Positions 38,686-52,074 of a stretch of DNA of 64,000 nucleotides are shown in pieces; position 1 is the first letter of the stretch; every line of letters starts with the position of its first letter. The DNA is from Carcharhinus longimanus (Eukaryota), in the NCBI GenBank assembly GCA_030264375.1, contig JASCQW010000130.1, positions 25,388,059-25,452,058 on the forward strand, in the 5' to 3' direction. The notes below the pieces were generated by a model. That model worked only from the letters and a program-made list of their open reading frames with translations, did no database searches and was not told the DNA's origin. The position numbers and the translations under genes are program-made.

Positions 38686-39997
38686 CTCAAATACTCAAAT
38701 ATACAAAATTACCCATACTCCATAGGGAAACCAGCTATAAGACCCAGAGCAATATTACCTTCATTCTTCAATACAGGTAATATTAATCCACAGCCACAGC
38801 CTGTTAAGTTTGGCAGTGTCTGATGTTGATAACAAGTCCCAATACTGTAGCCAGTTTTATTGAGGTCAAAATGATGTGTTATGGTCTGTAAAATGAATCT
38901 TACAGATATCAGCTTTTGATTCTTTGAACTAGTTTTGTTTATGATCACTGTGAGAGGGAGAAACAGATGGTAGGATCATTACAGATTTGTGTATCCTGAT
39001 CTATTGGTGTGTTACTATATTGTGAGATCCCTAAATGGAAAGTGTATATTTTTATTTTCAGCTGCCTTCAGACAAATGTCCACCTTATGCAATCATAATT
39101 ATCCCTCCCATTGCATGGATCTGACAATTCCAGAATCCTAAATTCAAAATTATTTTTGCTACTCACTCTCCATTTTGAAATTCTACACTGTGTATTAAAT
39201 GTTCAATTATTTATTTCTGCTTATTTATTGCTGGGAGACAGTTGCTCAGCTGTACCGTACCTCAGTGGCTTATGTCCCCTGAGTTGACTTCATGCTAGTC
39301 AAGCTGCTGTGCTGTTCCCTGTAGGGAAGAAAACAGGTTGAGGTTGATCACAGACATCCCAAGCTGGCATTTCAATGCCTTTCAGTCACTTCTGAATAAA
39401 GCACAAACTCCTGCAGGTCTGGTCCTGCACCTCCTCCACCGACTCAGTGTTATTGCACGGTGACATCCTGGCAATTCAGTGTCAGTGACCCATTGTAGGG
39501 TGTTGAATTTGAATGAACGTCAAAGTGGTATTCAGAACTAAAGTTCTTGACCTGGGAGTCAAGCAAATTCCTGCGAGAAACGCAGGGGCCACCTTATATA
39601 ATAGTTTTAAACGCAGAAGGTGGTGATTGATTGTAATAGGATTAGGCTGAGGGAATATGATATTGCCATTCCTGTTACAAAAGCACATTCTTTGCCTAAC
39701 TTGAAATATTGCATAACAAAATTGAATTACTTATAAACTCAGAAAGCCTCACAAGTCTCTCAGTTATATGTGGGTTAGAATCTGATTGCTTGTGTGGGAG
39801 GGTGAATGTTCATTGTAACTATGCCATGGTCCAAGGGGAGAATTTTGACCCAGTTCCCTCTGTCTTATTTCTCAGCCTTTTGTAACAACAGATTTATGAT
39901 TTTTCTCCTTTATTCCCCTGAGTTAATTGTGAGATGGTGAAAGCTGTTTATGGAAGATTAGAACATGCCATTTTCATCCTTAATGTGTAGAATTTGA

Positions 39998-40690
39998 TAG
40001 AATCATTGAATCCATAAAATGTAGAAGGAGGCCATTCAGCCCATTGTGCTTGCATCAACAACAATTCCACTCAGGTCCCATCCCCGTAAGCCCATGCATT
40101 TACCCTGGTCCTCCTGACACGAAGGGGAAGTTTACCATGGCCAGTCAGCCTAACCTGCACATCTTTGGAGTGTGGGAGGAAACCCACATACACATGGGGA
40201 GGATGTGCAGTCTCCACATAGACAGTCACCCGAGCCCGGAATTGAACCCGGGTCCCTGATGCTGTGAGGTAGCAGTGCTAACCACTATGCCACCATGATA
40301 GAGCTGAATAATTTAAATCTGAAAAGAAAGGTAATGAATTAGTCAACTTGATGATAAGATGGTTAGTGGCATAGCAGATACTAAGGTGGCACAGTGGCAC
40401 AGTAGTTAGCACCGCTGTCTCAAAGCGCCAGGGACCCAGGTTCAATTCCCGGCTTGGATCACTGTCTGCGCGGACTCTGCATGCTCTACCTGTGTCTGTG
40501 TGGGTTCCCTCCAGGTGCTCCAGTTTTTTCCCACATTCCGAAAGATGTGTCGGTTAAGTGCATTGGCTATGTTAAATTCTGCCTCAATATACCCAAACAG
40601 ATGCCAGAGTGTGGCAACTAAGGGATTTTCACAGTAATTACATTGCAGTGTCAATATAAGCCTACTTGTGACACTAATAAATAAGTTAAA
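39998..40690. mobile_element. Head-to-head HE1 SINEs: CR1 tail (-, 39998-40296) and alternative tail (+, 40386-40690)
   Basis: Family motifs. Confidence 0.8.
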
Positions 40691-41636
40691 CTAAACTATA
40701 CAAAAATCATAAGAAATAAGACAGATTTATGGCCAGTGTATAAATATTCAGATTATCAGGGAGTGGATGAGAGTGTGGCAAATTGTTGTTGACTTGCTTG
40801 TATGAGACCATGTTCATTAACATGTTCTGGAGCAGGAATAATGGAAGAACACAGATACTTATATTTCCGAAAACTATTAATGAAATGTGAAAAATTGACA
40901 CCCAGATAATGATTAATTAAGATTTATTACTTCTTAGACATTCAAAATATGTTAAAACATTTTCAACTCCAAAGTCTTTTTAAATTTGGCAATGGCTTTG
41001 ACCCTTGGTATATTGAATCCATGTGAAACTTGACTGAGCAGAGTTTAACATGACCAAGCAATGGAAATGGTGATATGATGATGTATTGCATTCAACTGTA
41101 AACTGAAGAGAGGTTTAGAAACAGGTCAATGATCACTTTTTTTATAAAGTTGGAAAGCATCCAGTAAAAATGCATACATCTTTAAAGTGCAATTCAACAT
41201 TGATAATGGACTGAAGCCTTTTCTTTCAAAGGGCCAGCCTGTCTTCAACTTATGAAGAAGCTATTAAGGAAATAATTGCAATATTTCTATTACACAATTC
41301 AAATGTAAAGTCCAAATAAATTTGTAATTCTCTGCCTTTGTTTTTGTTCTATTTTCTCTGGCTTTGTGAGTTTTGCTGTCAGCAAACTGCCTTCTCTATC
41401 AGAGACCTGTGAGTTAAAGTCCCACACCAGAAACTTGAGCGTACAAATCTAGGTTGGCATTGCAGTGCAATAGTGGGGGGAAGGGAGATGGGAGGAAGGT
41501 GGTGGTGGTGCTGGACTGTTAGAATCCTATTTTTCAGATGAGAGGTTAAACAGTCTGCCCTTGTAAGGTGAAATAAAAGATTCCCTGACACTGTTCCGAA
41601 GCAGAACAGGGAATTTACCCTGGCCAATATTTATCC

Positions 41637-41830
41637 ATGATGTGAAGATGCCGGTGTTGGACTGGGGTAAACACAATAAGAATTCTCACAACATCAGGTT
41701 AAAGTCCAACAGGTTTATTTGGTAACAAACGTCACTAGGTTTCGGAGCTTTGCCCCTTCGTCAGGTGAGTAGAGAGTTCTGATCACAAACAGAGCATAAA
41801 CACTGTTTGTTATCAGAACTCCCTACTTAT
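41637..41830 (-). mobile_element. Penelope-like family A remnant with a near-complete minimal hammerhead (41732-41768), inserted in a DeuSINE-like remnant
   Basis: Minus strand: UCAC-CUGACGA-A-GGGGC-AAA-GCUCC-GAAA-CCUA-GUGA. Terminal hairpin at 41765-41829. Confidence 0.7.
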
Positions 41831-42132
41831 TTTAATTAATATCCACTAAAATAAATTAAAAGCCTAGCCAAAATGTTATTTTCACAACATTTATCAGCAT
41901 CATATCAAATCAAATAGATGCTGTTGTTTTATATTAGATGGAGGGTACGTATTTATTTCCCAGAGAAAATATGAAGGCAGTGTTGTACCTACCAAACCAT
42001 TATCGCACTGTGGTTTGTGGGATCTTGCTGTGTGAATGGTTAGCATTCCAATTAAGCTCAATTAAAAGAAATCAAATCGCCTGCTTCTTTGGTAGAAATT
42101 GAGGTAGGTGCAATCTGATATTTGATCAAAGA

Positions 42133-42266
42133 TAAAAGCAAATTACTGCAGGTTCTGGAATTTGAAACAAAACAGAAAGTGCTGGAAAATCTCAGCAGGT
42201 CTGACAGCATCTGTGGAGAGAGAATAGAGCTCATGTTTCCAGTCTGGATGACCCTTCGTCAGAGCT
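42133..42266 (-). mobile_element. Penelope-like family B remnant with hammerhead core
   Basis: Minus strand: AGCU-CUGACGA-A-GGGUC-AUCCA-GACUG-GAAA-CAUG-AGCUC. Confidence 0.7.
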
Positions 42267-42294
42267 ATTTGGTATCACTAGTACATTTTTGATT

Positions 42295-42490
42295 TGAATT
42301 TGATCTGATTTATTATTGTCACATGTATTGGGACACAGTGAAACTTATTGTTTCTTGCGCACTATACAGTAAAAGCATACCCTATATAGAGAAGGAAAGG
42401 AGAGAGTGCCGAATGTAATGTTGCAGTCATAGCTAGGATGTAGAGAAAGATCAATTAATATAAAGTAGGCCCATTCAAAAGTCTGATGGA
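42295..42490 (-). mobile_element. Rex/Babar-like LINE 3' end
   Basis: Reverse complement of the 9280 family. Confidence 0.75.
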
Positions 42491-42929
42491 NNNNNNNNNN
42501 NNNNNNNNNNNNNNNNNNNNNNNNNNNNNNNNNNNNNNNNNNNNNNNNNNNNNNNNNNNNNNNNNNNNNNNNNNNNNNNNNNNNNNNNNNNNNNNNNNNN
42601 NNNNNNNNNNNNNNNNNNNNNNNNNNNNNNNNNNNNNNNNNNNNNNNNNNNNNNNNNNNNNNNNNNNNNNNAATTAGATTCCTGGAAAGAAAGAACTTGC
42701 TTTTATATTGCACATTGCACAACTCCAGGACCATTCCAAAGCACTTTGGAGACAATTAAGTACTTTTCAAATGTAATCATAGGCTGGAATGTTATGGCTG
42801 TTCACGCCAGCAGGATTTTCCCATCCTGCCACAGTGAACAGAGATTTGGCTGGGCAAAGTGTGAATGGCCGGTAAGATCAGACCCATTGTTGTAATGTGG
42901 GAAATGCAACTATTTTTGCACACAGCAAC

Positions 42930-43400
42930 AACAGCAATTTGCATTTATTTAGCACTCTAAGGTACTAAAACTATCCCAAAGTTGCTTCATGGGCGTATTA
43001 ACAAATTTGGCATTGAACTACATGAAATACGAGGAGTGACAGCTGGAAGTTTGTCAAAGAGTTAGCTTTTAGGGCAAGTCTTAAGAGAGGATTGAGAAGA
43101 TTGAGATGTAAAGTTTAAGGCCTAGGCAGATGGAGGCATGGCCTTCAAACACAAGGTTATGAACATTGGGGATGTGCAAGATCCCAGAACTGGGAGAGTG
43201 CTGAGATCTTGAAGACTTGTAGGGCTGTTGGCGATTACGGAAACAGTTATGGGCAAGACCATGGAGGGATTTGAACACACGACTGAGAATAATAAAATCA
43301 GGGCATTGCTGGATAAGAAGCCGGTATAGGCCAGCTAGCACAGGAGTGAAAGGTGAATGGTCCTCTTGCAAATTAAGTTATGGGCAGCAGAATGTTGGAG
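42930..43400 (-). mobile_element. L2 LINE 3' end
   Basis: Minus ORF has PVLAGLY.L...F.IL..VFKSLHGLA (L2 C-terminus) and a (ttg)n-type tail. Confidence 0.75.
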
Positions 43401-43525
43401 AAGTTCATAAACTCATGTTTACAGAGCTTGTGGGAGAACCTGTTGATTTGGTTTCTTATTAACAATGTTTGTTTTACTATATCTCTCCTTCCCTTCAAAA
43501 AGCAGCATGTAAGCACAGGGATGAC

Positions 43526-44052
43526 ATCTCAATTCAAGAATTAATTCAAAGTCATTTGCCCAAAAAACACCCACAGTGATAGCACACGTGTCTCTAAGTC
43601 AGAAGATCCAAGTTACAAGTCAAGCTCCAGATACTTGAGCACATAACCTAAGATGATACTTCAGTNNNNNNNNNNNNNNNNNNNNNNNNNNNNNNNNNNN
43701 NNNNNNNNNNNNNNNNNNNNNNNNNNNNNNNNNNNNNNNNNNNNNNNNNNNNNNNNNNNNNNNNNAAGTTGATACTTCAGTGCAGTGCCTAGTTAACTTG
43801 TTATTCATAGAATTATAGGATCCCTACAGTGCAAAAGGAGGCCATTTGGCCCACCGAGTCTGAGCCCACCACAATCCCACCCAGGCCCTATGCCAAGTTA
43901 ACTTGGCACTGCACTGAAGTATCATCTTAGGTTATGTGCTCAAGTATCTGGAGCTTGACTTGTAACTTGGATCTTCTGACTTAGAGACATGTGTGCTATC
44001 ACTGTGGGTGATTTTTGGACAAATGACTTTGAATTAATTCTTGATTTGGGAT
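43526..44052. repeat. Inverted duplication with captured inverted SINE tail
   Basis: Arms 43526-43800 (gapped) and 43894-44052; spacer 43803-43891 is the reverse complement of 44441-44529. Confidence 0.75.
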
Positions 44053-44189
44053 TTGGAGACTCAATGCTATCGTAAAGGGCATCAAAATTAAATTAAAGGC
44101 ACAATGGATGGAGGAGGAAGAAGTAGGTAGGTGGCAATTGTTTCAAACTTATTGAGAGTAAATGAAGAAGCAGGACTTAACAGGCCTTA

Positions 44190-44529
44190 ATAGGGCAGCA
44201 CAGTGGCACAGTGGAGGGCGGCACGGTGGCACAGTGGGTTAGCGTTGCTGGCTCACAGTGCCAGGGACTAGGGTTCAATTCCAGCCTCAGGTCACTATCT
44301 ATGTGGAGTTTGCACATTCTCCCCATGTCTGCGGGGGTTTCCTGCCACCGTCCAAAGATGTGCTGGTTAGGTTGATTGGCCATGCTAAATTGACCCTAGT
44401 GTCAGAGGGGTTGGCAGGGTAAATAAGTGGGGTTACGGGAATAGGGCCTGGGTGGGATTGTGGTGGGCTCAGACTCGATGGGCTGAATGGCCTCCTTTTG
44501 CATTGTAGGGATCCTATAATTCTATGAAT
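44190..44529 (+). mobile_element. HE1-type SINE with CR1 tail and duplicated head
   Basis: Family motifs. Confidence 0.85.
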
Positions 44530-45005
44530 TTGTTTGTCTCACCACATTTGCAAAAACAAGGCCCAATCTTATTGTATAAATGCAGCTAATTAAACTATCT
44601 GTACTACTGAAATAGCTCACTGTAACAGTTCCAAATTCACAAACTCCACCAGAAGAACAGGACGTTCAGCACTGGTTCAGTATGAGTATGACGAGTACAG
44701 TGGATTAATGAATGAATTGGCAGAAGGCATGCCAGGAATGTTTTATCTGCCAGACCTTCTTGGATCGAAAAATGCAGAATTATATAAATCCTGAATGTGT
44801 GTAATTTACACATGCCCCGATGATGGTACAGGCAGTTGTGTTTACAAACTCTGCTTTTGTTTTGAGGTACTTTTTTGTCTGCTTGAGTTTTATTAATAAG
44901 CAGCAATTCAAACCTCATTGACATTGAAATTGTATTGTGCTACAGCAGTTAAACAGGTGACTCCGTGTCCAATGTAGTTAAGGTTGCTCTTTAAGCATCG
45001 AGGGT

Positions 45006-45160
45006 GAACATCTTTGGACTGTGGGAGGGAAGTGGAGCACCTGGAGGAAAGCCACGCATGCATTGGGAGAACTCCATATGGAAAGAGAGACCCAAACCAG
45101 GAATCAAACTCAGACACCTGGCGCTGTGAGGCAGCAGTGCTAACCACTGTGCCACCATGC
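45006..45160 (-). mobile_element. HE1-type SINE 5' part
   Basis: Family motifs. Confidence 0.75.
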
Positions 45161-45794
45161 CACCCTCATAAGTCAGCTTACACACAACAGGTAGTTTCAC
45201 ACCTCCTGCTTTAATACACTCAGGATACAACTCATTGAATTCATGGGCTTCTGCCCATTACTGATTTCTCCTTCACTCCATCCTGACCAAATTGTAGCAG
45301 TTGTAGCCTCATCAGCCTCATTGGAACTTCCAAAGGTGCAGCATGAGTGTACACCTGCTATGAGAGCAGACATGGATTAATTGCATTTATCATCCCAGTG
45401 TTAAATAATATTTGCAGACGATATCATTTTTTGACCTATGAGGTGTCATTTGCAATGGAAGTATTGGCTTGGTAATAACAAAGGTATAGCATTATCTCTG
45501 TTCCCATTGTAATCAAATTATTAGTTTCTGATCATTGTTACTTATGGATATTTAAACTCTTGTTATACAAAAGATATTGACATGACAAACAATAAGGTAT
45601 GCATAGTTCTTAAAGGGTTGTCCTTTTAATGTATTTTAATTGATCTAATAGGATTGACATTTAGAGACACCTTCAGAGGAATCTTCAGTTCCTCTGACCC
45701 GATTTGATTTACGGCTAAGGTAAATTGAGGAGCATTCTCAGGAGTGTGGTTATCGTGCCGATACAGGCCATGCTTTACAGGCGATACAGGCCGG

Positions 45795-45933
45795 TGCAGA
45801 GGGACCTCGGGGCCCTTGTGCATGAGTCGCAAAAACCCAGCCTGCAGGTGCAGCAGTTGGTCAGGAAGGCAAATGGGATGCTGGCCTTCATAGCGAGGGG
45901 GATTGAATATAAAAGTAGGGAGGTCTTGCTGCA
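45795..45933 (+). mobile_element. CR1 ORF2 fragment running into a gap
   Basis: QRDLGALVHESQK...VRKANGMLAFIARGIEYKSREVLL. Confidence 0.9.
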
Positions 45934-46432
45934 NNNNNNNNNNNNNNNNNNNNNNNNNNNNNNNNNNNNNNNNNNNNNNNNNNNNNNNNNNNNNNNNNNN
46001 NNNNNNNNNNNNNNNNNNNNNNNNNNNNNNNNNNNNNNNNNNNNNNNNNNNNNNNNNNNNNNNNNNNNNNNNNNNNNNNNNNNNNNNNNNNNNNNNNNNN
46101 NNNNNNNNNNNNNNNNNNNNNNNNNNNNNNNNNNNNNNNNNNNNNNNNNNNNNNNNNNNNNNNNNNNNNNNNNNNNNNNNNNNNNNNNNNNNNNNNNNNN
46201 NNNNNNNNNNNNNNNNNNNNNNNNNNNNNNNNNNNNNNNNNNNNNNNNNNNNNNNNNNNNNNNNNNNNNNNNNNNNNNNNNNNNNNNNNNNNNNNNNNNN
46301 NNNNNNNNNNNNNNNNNNNNNNNNNNNNNNNNNNNNNNNNNNNNNNNNNNNNNNNNNNNNNNNNNNNNNNNNNNNNNNNNNNNNNNNNNNNNNNNNNNNN
46401 NNNNNNNNNNNNNNNNNNNNNNNNNNNNNNNN

Positions 46433-46915
46433 CTGCCATCAGACTTTTGAATGGACCTACCTCATATTAAGTTGATCTTTCTGTACACCCTAGTTATGAC
46501 TAAAACACAACATTCTGCACCCTCGCATTTCCTTCTTCCCTATGTACTCTATGAATGGTATGTTTTGTCGGTGTAGCACGCAGGAAACAGTATTTTTCAC
46601 TGAGTCTCAATACAAGTGACAATAATAAATCAAATCAAATCACCCAGGCCCTATCCCCATAGCCTTTGTATTTGTTCTGCTAATCCCCCTAACCTAAACA
46701 TCTTGGGATACTGCAGAGAAATTTAGCATGGTTAATCCACCTAACCTACACATCTTTGGAGTGTGGAGGGAAATCCATGCTGATACAGAGAGAATGCAAT
46801 GCCAAATAGTGGGCATCAGACTCCCTAAACTCTACGTAGTCACTGAGGCTGGAATTGAACCTGGTCCCTGTCGCTGTGAGGCTGCAGTGACAACTGCTGT
46901 GCCACTGTGCCACTG
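46433..46915. mobile_element. Rex/Babar tail (+, 46433-46641) abutting an HE1 SINE (-, 46642-46915)
   Basis: Family motifs. Confidence 0.75.
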
Positions 46916-47502
46916 TAGGTTACTATTGGACAATTTTTCGGGAGTCTGATATCCACCATTTGGCATTGCATTCTCTGCTGGAATTGTAGGATTTGTTAAA
47001 TTTTCAAAATACCTTGCCAAGTCTATACTAATGCTATGATCCTTACTGCCAACCTTAGGTATAGGATTCAGTTCTATAAAAACAGTCATCACTGCAATTA
47101 GACCAAAATAAAATGGATGACTCAGTTGGCTAGTTAGGATCATTGGTACAGCCGCTTGAGCAAGCATAAGCAGCATATGTGGGAGTATAGCGTCAAGTTT
47201 GAAGAGAGCTATTTGTTTGTCATTGTGACATATAGCAAAAAGAAATAAAGTCAGGAAGCAGTTTTACTTAATTAGCATGAGGGTGAAAATTAGGGTCCTG
47301 TAATTAATCACTGTATCATTGCTGTTTATCACCCTGAGGTGTCCATCTATCTTTCTCTCTGTTTAGCTGATTATGTAAGTATGTGGGTGTGAGCCTACCT
47401 CTCTGTTTTCAAGGCTGAACATCTTATAGTTGCTGCCTGCCTGTGTTTGAAAGTCATTTTCATTTCTCTGGAAATGTTTTGTTATGAATTGGTGCACCTT
47501 GG

Positions 47503-47829
47503 AGCGGCATGGTGGCACAGTGGTTAGCACTGCTGCCTCATAGCGTCAGGGACCCTGATTTGATTTCCGGCTTGGGTCACTGTCTGTGTGGAGTTTGCAC
47601 ATTCTCCCTGTTCTGCACGGGTTTTCTTTGGGTGCTCCAGTTTCCTCCCACACCCCAAAGGTGTGCAGGTTAGGCGAATTAGCCATGCTAAATTGTCCCT
47701 TGGTGTCAGGGGGACCAGCAGGGTAAATATGTGGGTTTACGGGGATAGGCCCCAGGTGAGATTGTTGTCAGTGTAGGCTTGATGGGCCAAATAGCCTTCT
47801 TCTGCACTGTCGGGATTTTATTCTATGAT
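47503..47829 (+). mobile_element. HE1-type SINE with CR1 tail
   Basis: Full length. Confidence 0.85.
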
Positions 47830-48959
47830 CTTGGGTCCATATTGCTTCTGCATCCAGCTCATGAAGGTGGAGTGTTCCATTCACATGGATGATAGTAATT
47901 GAAATTCTGTTGCTGAACAGATCCATTGCTTAAAATTCATGGACAGATTTGCAACTGTATATTGAGCTTTGGATCTCTCACACAAAAAGAGAAAATAAAT
48001 ATTCCAGTACCCAAATGTATTATATTCCTGAACGAGAGCATGGCTTGTTTAGTAGTCCTTAGAAAGGCAATTCTAAGGTATAATAATGATGATGGTGGCA
48101 TCCACATCCTTTTGTTTTTCTTTATGTCCCTCGCCTTTTATTCCAATATTGGTATTGAAGCGATGGCTGCTTCTGACATTAGTAGACAACAAGCTTGAAG
48201 GAATTACTGAGTTTGACACTGCATGGGTGTTGAATTAACATCAAGAGATGTAGTCATTAACCGCAGGTTATTTGGTGATCATGTCAACTCAGCTGTGTAA
48301 TCCAGCACCCTCGCATTTCTCCAAGCCAGCTTCCTCAATTAGATCATCACCACTTACAGTGCAAAACAAAATGTAAAGTGCTCTATGGAAACAAAAAGAG
48401 AAGAATTAGAGCATATTAGAAGTTAATCATTTTTCTATTAAACTTTCACCCCTCCCCCCCATAGAAATTAGAATTGGCAAAGTTAATCCCCTCAACAATA
48501 TGAGATAAGGAGTGCTCAGTAACACAATATATAGATGTAACAGCATAGTGATGTAAGGTGTAGTGTAGTGCTTGCTGTGCAGCGAGTCTCACTCAGGGAA
48601 AGGTGCCAAATGGAAGCTTGCTGTTCCTTTTTAGGGATACATCAACCCAGAAATCTCTCAGTCACCTGAGAGCATCTTGTTGCCATCTATTAGCTGCACC
48701 GGGTACATTTGAAGTGCAAGACAGAAACAAACAACATTCACGTGACCTGATGCTAAAACCAGTGAAAGTTAGAAGCAGGGTTAATCGCCAATTAAGCATC
48801 TACATTTTGATGTAAACTATTTCTATCGTGCTTTACTGAACTATATTTGTATCATTTCCCACAGCCTTCTAATAGTTTAAATTGTAATTCGAGCAGTTTG
48901 AAAACATATCTCCATTGAAAAATGATTTGGTTTTACTGCAGTAAACACAAAAGCTAGTG

Positions 48960-48973
48960 GTTGCTATGGTGAC
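48960..48973. promoter_or_regulatory. RFX X-box-like motif
   Basis: GTTGCTATGGTGAC fits GTTGCYATGGYRAC, in unique intronic sequence. Confidence 0.3.
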
Positions 48974-49194
48974 ACAGGCTAACTGACCACCGCCTATGTG
49001 AAATCTGAAAGGAAATTACGGCAAGAATCTACTACTGAAATTTTTTTGAACAAATTGTTCAATGTTAATAATGGTTTTATACTACAGATAGAGTTGGTGT
49101 ACAAAATCCACCTAAATTTGTACTGAAAACCGCAAGGAGATTTGGTAGTTTAAATACATACCAATGGAGAGAATACCTTAATTTTCGTTTGGTT

Positions 49195-49472
49195 AATTTA
49201 TTAGTGCCACAAGTAGGCTTACATTAACACTGCCATGTTGTCACTGTGAAAGTTGCCACACTCCGGCGCCTGTTCGGGTACACTGAGGGAGAATTTAGCA
49301 TGGCCAATGCACCTAACCAGTATACCTTTCGGATTGTGGAAGGAAACCACAGCACGCGGAGGAAAACCCAGGTAGACAGAGAATGTGCAGACTCTGCACA
49401 GATAGTAACCCAAGCCAGGAATCGAGCCCAATCCCTCGCGTTGGCAGCAGTGCTAACCACTGTGCCACCGTG
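49195..49472 (-). mobile_element. HE1-type SINE with alternative tail
   Basis: Full length. Confidence 0.85.
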
Positions 49473-50214
49473 CGATATGCCTTGTAATATTTTAAAGGTT
49501 GCACTCTGTTACAGGTAATAGTTAGATGAGTAATTTTTTTTTCTGACCCTTTTTTGTTAATGATCAACCCGGCTGCCATTTCAAACCATTTTTGGACCTA
49601 ACGTGCAAGGAGCTGGGCTATTTAAAGAAGAGCTGTCTAAATAGCTCAAGTATAACTGATTCATTTCTAAAGATGTGCAACATGAATAGCAGCAGTAAGC
49701 GCTGCCCAGAATATGAAACAAAAAGTCCAGCTCTGCAAAAGTGTTACAAGGCCTTGTTTTCTTGACCTTCTCTTCAAGTTTGTGAATTTATCCTTTTGCG
49801 TTGTTGCTACCAAATATGTTTGTTCGAGTATTTTATACACAACTCTGTAAATGGCAGTTCCCTCAAAAGAATTTCTGCAATTAGCGACATCACATTTTAA
49901 TGGTGGCATATCCTTTGAATTATATTGCATGGAGGCAGTAGCTGGAAGTTTACCGATACGCCCGCCCTGATTCAGAACGCCTCAGAACGGAATCCCCTGT
50001 TCGCCTCAGGCGGGTTTTTACGAGCCTCGCCTGAGTGAGGTTGTAAAATCCCAGCAAGTTTCTGCAATTGTGCTAATGCCTCTACATCAGTATAAACTAT
50101 TTCAGCTACATATAAACACAAACATGGCAGTTTACTCAAGGCTCGGTATCTTCCAACTTCAACAGCGTGCTCAGTGACTGCCCTGTGCACTTTACAAACT
50201 TGATCTTTAATTGG

Positions 50215-50533
50215 GAAGCTCATTGAAACTTTTGGAATATTGAAAGGCCTGGATAGAGCGGACGTGGGAAAGATGTTTCCATTGGCAGAACAGACAATGA
50301 TCAGAGGGCACAGCCTCAGAGGAAAGGGATGGTCCTTTAGAAGTGAGGTGAGGAGGAATTTCTTCAGCCAGAGGGTGGTGAATCCATGGAATTCATTGTC
50401 ACATTGGTAAAGGGGTCAAAGGTTACAAGGAAAAAGCAGGGGAATGATGTTGAGGAGCTTACCAACCATGTTTGAATGGCGGAGCAGCCTCGCTGAGCTG
50501 AATAGCCTAATTCTGCTCCCATATCTTATGGTC
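50215..50533 (+). mobile_element. CR1 LINE 3' end
   Basis: RRNFFSQRVVN.WNSL plus tail. Confidence 0.8.
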
Positions 50534-51027
50534 AATTATTATTAATAACAATGAAAGTTATTGCCAGAATTATTGACATAATTTTGCTTTACTGTATATC
50601 TGTAGTTTTTTTAAATGTCAATATCTTCGGAGATGATAGACATTCCTGTCTGCTTCCATCTCAAGAAAATGTGAAAATATCTTTTGACATAGAAACAAAC
50701 ATATTAAAAGTTAATCATTTTTCTATTTAACTGCAGTTGTAGAGATTCTTTACGTTAGTACAAAATAATTTTAGTTGTATTTAGAAGATCGCAAGGTATA
50801 ATGGGATGATGTAGGGCTCCATGTTAGACATGTGCAGTTAGTTTGTGCTGACCACAATTGGGATTATAACTCCAGGCTGCCATTTGAGACTGCCAGTGGC
50901 AGCACCAGCGATTCAATGGTATATCCTCAGTGGTGGATTCAACCCTTTTTCTCCTAATCTTCATTCAGTAGTGTGTTACCTACCAAACAGTGAGGAATAA
51001 TAATGAGATGAAGGCAATAGTATCACT

Positions 51028-51478
51028 GTGACACAATGGTTAGCACTGTCGCCTCACAGCACCAGAGACCCAGGTTCAATTCCGGCCACGGGTCACCATC
51101 TGTGTGGAGTTTGCACATTCTCCCCATGTCTGTGTGGGTTTTCTCTGGGTGCTCCGGTTTCCTCCCACAGTCCAAACATGTGCAGTTAGATGGATTGACC
51201 ATGCCAAATTGTCCCGTAGTTTCCCATGATGGATTAGCCATGATAAATATGTGAAGTTGCAGGGATAGGGTAGGAGAGAGGGCCTGGGTCAGATAGCCTG
51301 CCAGAGAGTAGGTGCTGACTTGATGGGCCGAATGGCCTCTTCTGTATTGTAGGGACTCAGTGATGATTCTACGAATCAAACACAATTGAAGATGTTGGGT
51401 TGGTTGGGAGAAGTGAGAATCGAACCTTGGTCCCTGGCACTGTGAGACAGCAGTACTAACCATTGTGCCGCTGTGCCA
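51028..51478. mobile_element. HE1 SINE (+, 51028-51372) and SINE head (-, 51418-51478)
   Basis: Family motifs. Confidence 0.8.
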
Positions 51479-52074
51479 TATGACCCATGCCATGAGCCAT
51501 CCTTCTGAGTTTTTTTTTGCTCAGAGTCATTGCTATAACAGATATATACATCAAGATAAAATTGTGTTACCTTGATGCACATCACTACTGCTAAGCACAT
51601 TCCCTCCAATTCGCTGTGAATGGAAAAGTAAGCAGAAATTGCACCTTGTGCCCGTTTTGCAGACTTAAAATAGGAAGAATTTTAAGGACTGATGTCTTGT
51701 GGCCCAAGAATGCATGAAAACTGCTGACCTGACATTGTGTTAGGCCATTTTTCAGAAATAAAGGATGCGATTTTTAAAATTGCTACCAAGTCACGGATAT
51801 TTCATTGTGCCCCACCCCCACCACCCAACATTTCCACAAGAGCATGTGTCATTTCTGGGTTCATGGCCACCTGTCGAGTGCTGATTCAGTGCTAGCGGGC
51901 AGCTCACGTCACCAAAGTGGTGTTAAGGCCCAAAAGTATGACTGCTTCATGAGAGAGTAAGACACCAGAAGACATGAATCACTAGTGAGTGAAGGTTCTC
52001 AGTGACTGGCAGTAAGCCGTTCTATGCAGGAGTAGAGGGGGGAGGAGGGATGTCCACGGGGAATATTTGCACTC

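Noticed and set aside
45725-46450. Long ORFs spanning N-runs
   Set aside because: Length is an artefact of gaps; the real part is a CR1 fragment.
47503-47580. tRNA genes
   Set aside because: A/B-box heads continue into SINE bodies; no cloverleaf or terminator.
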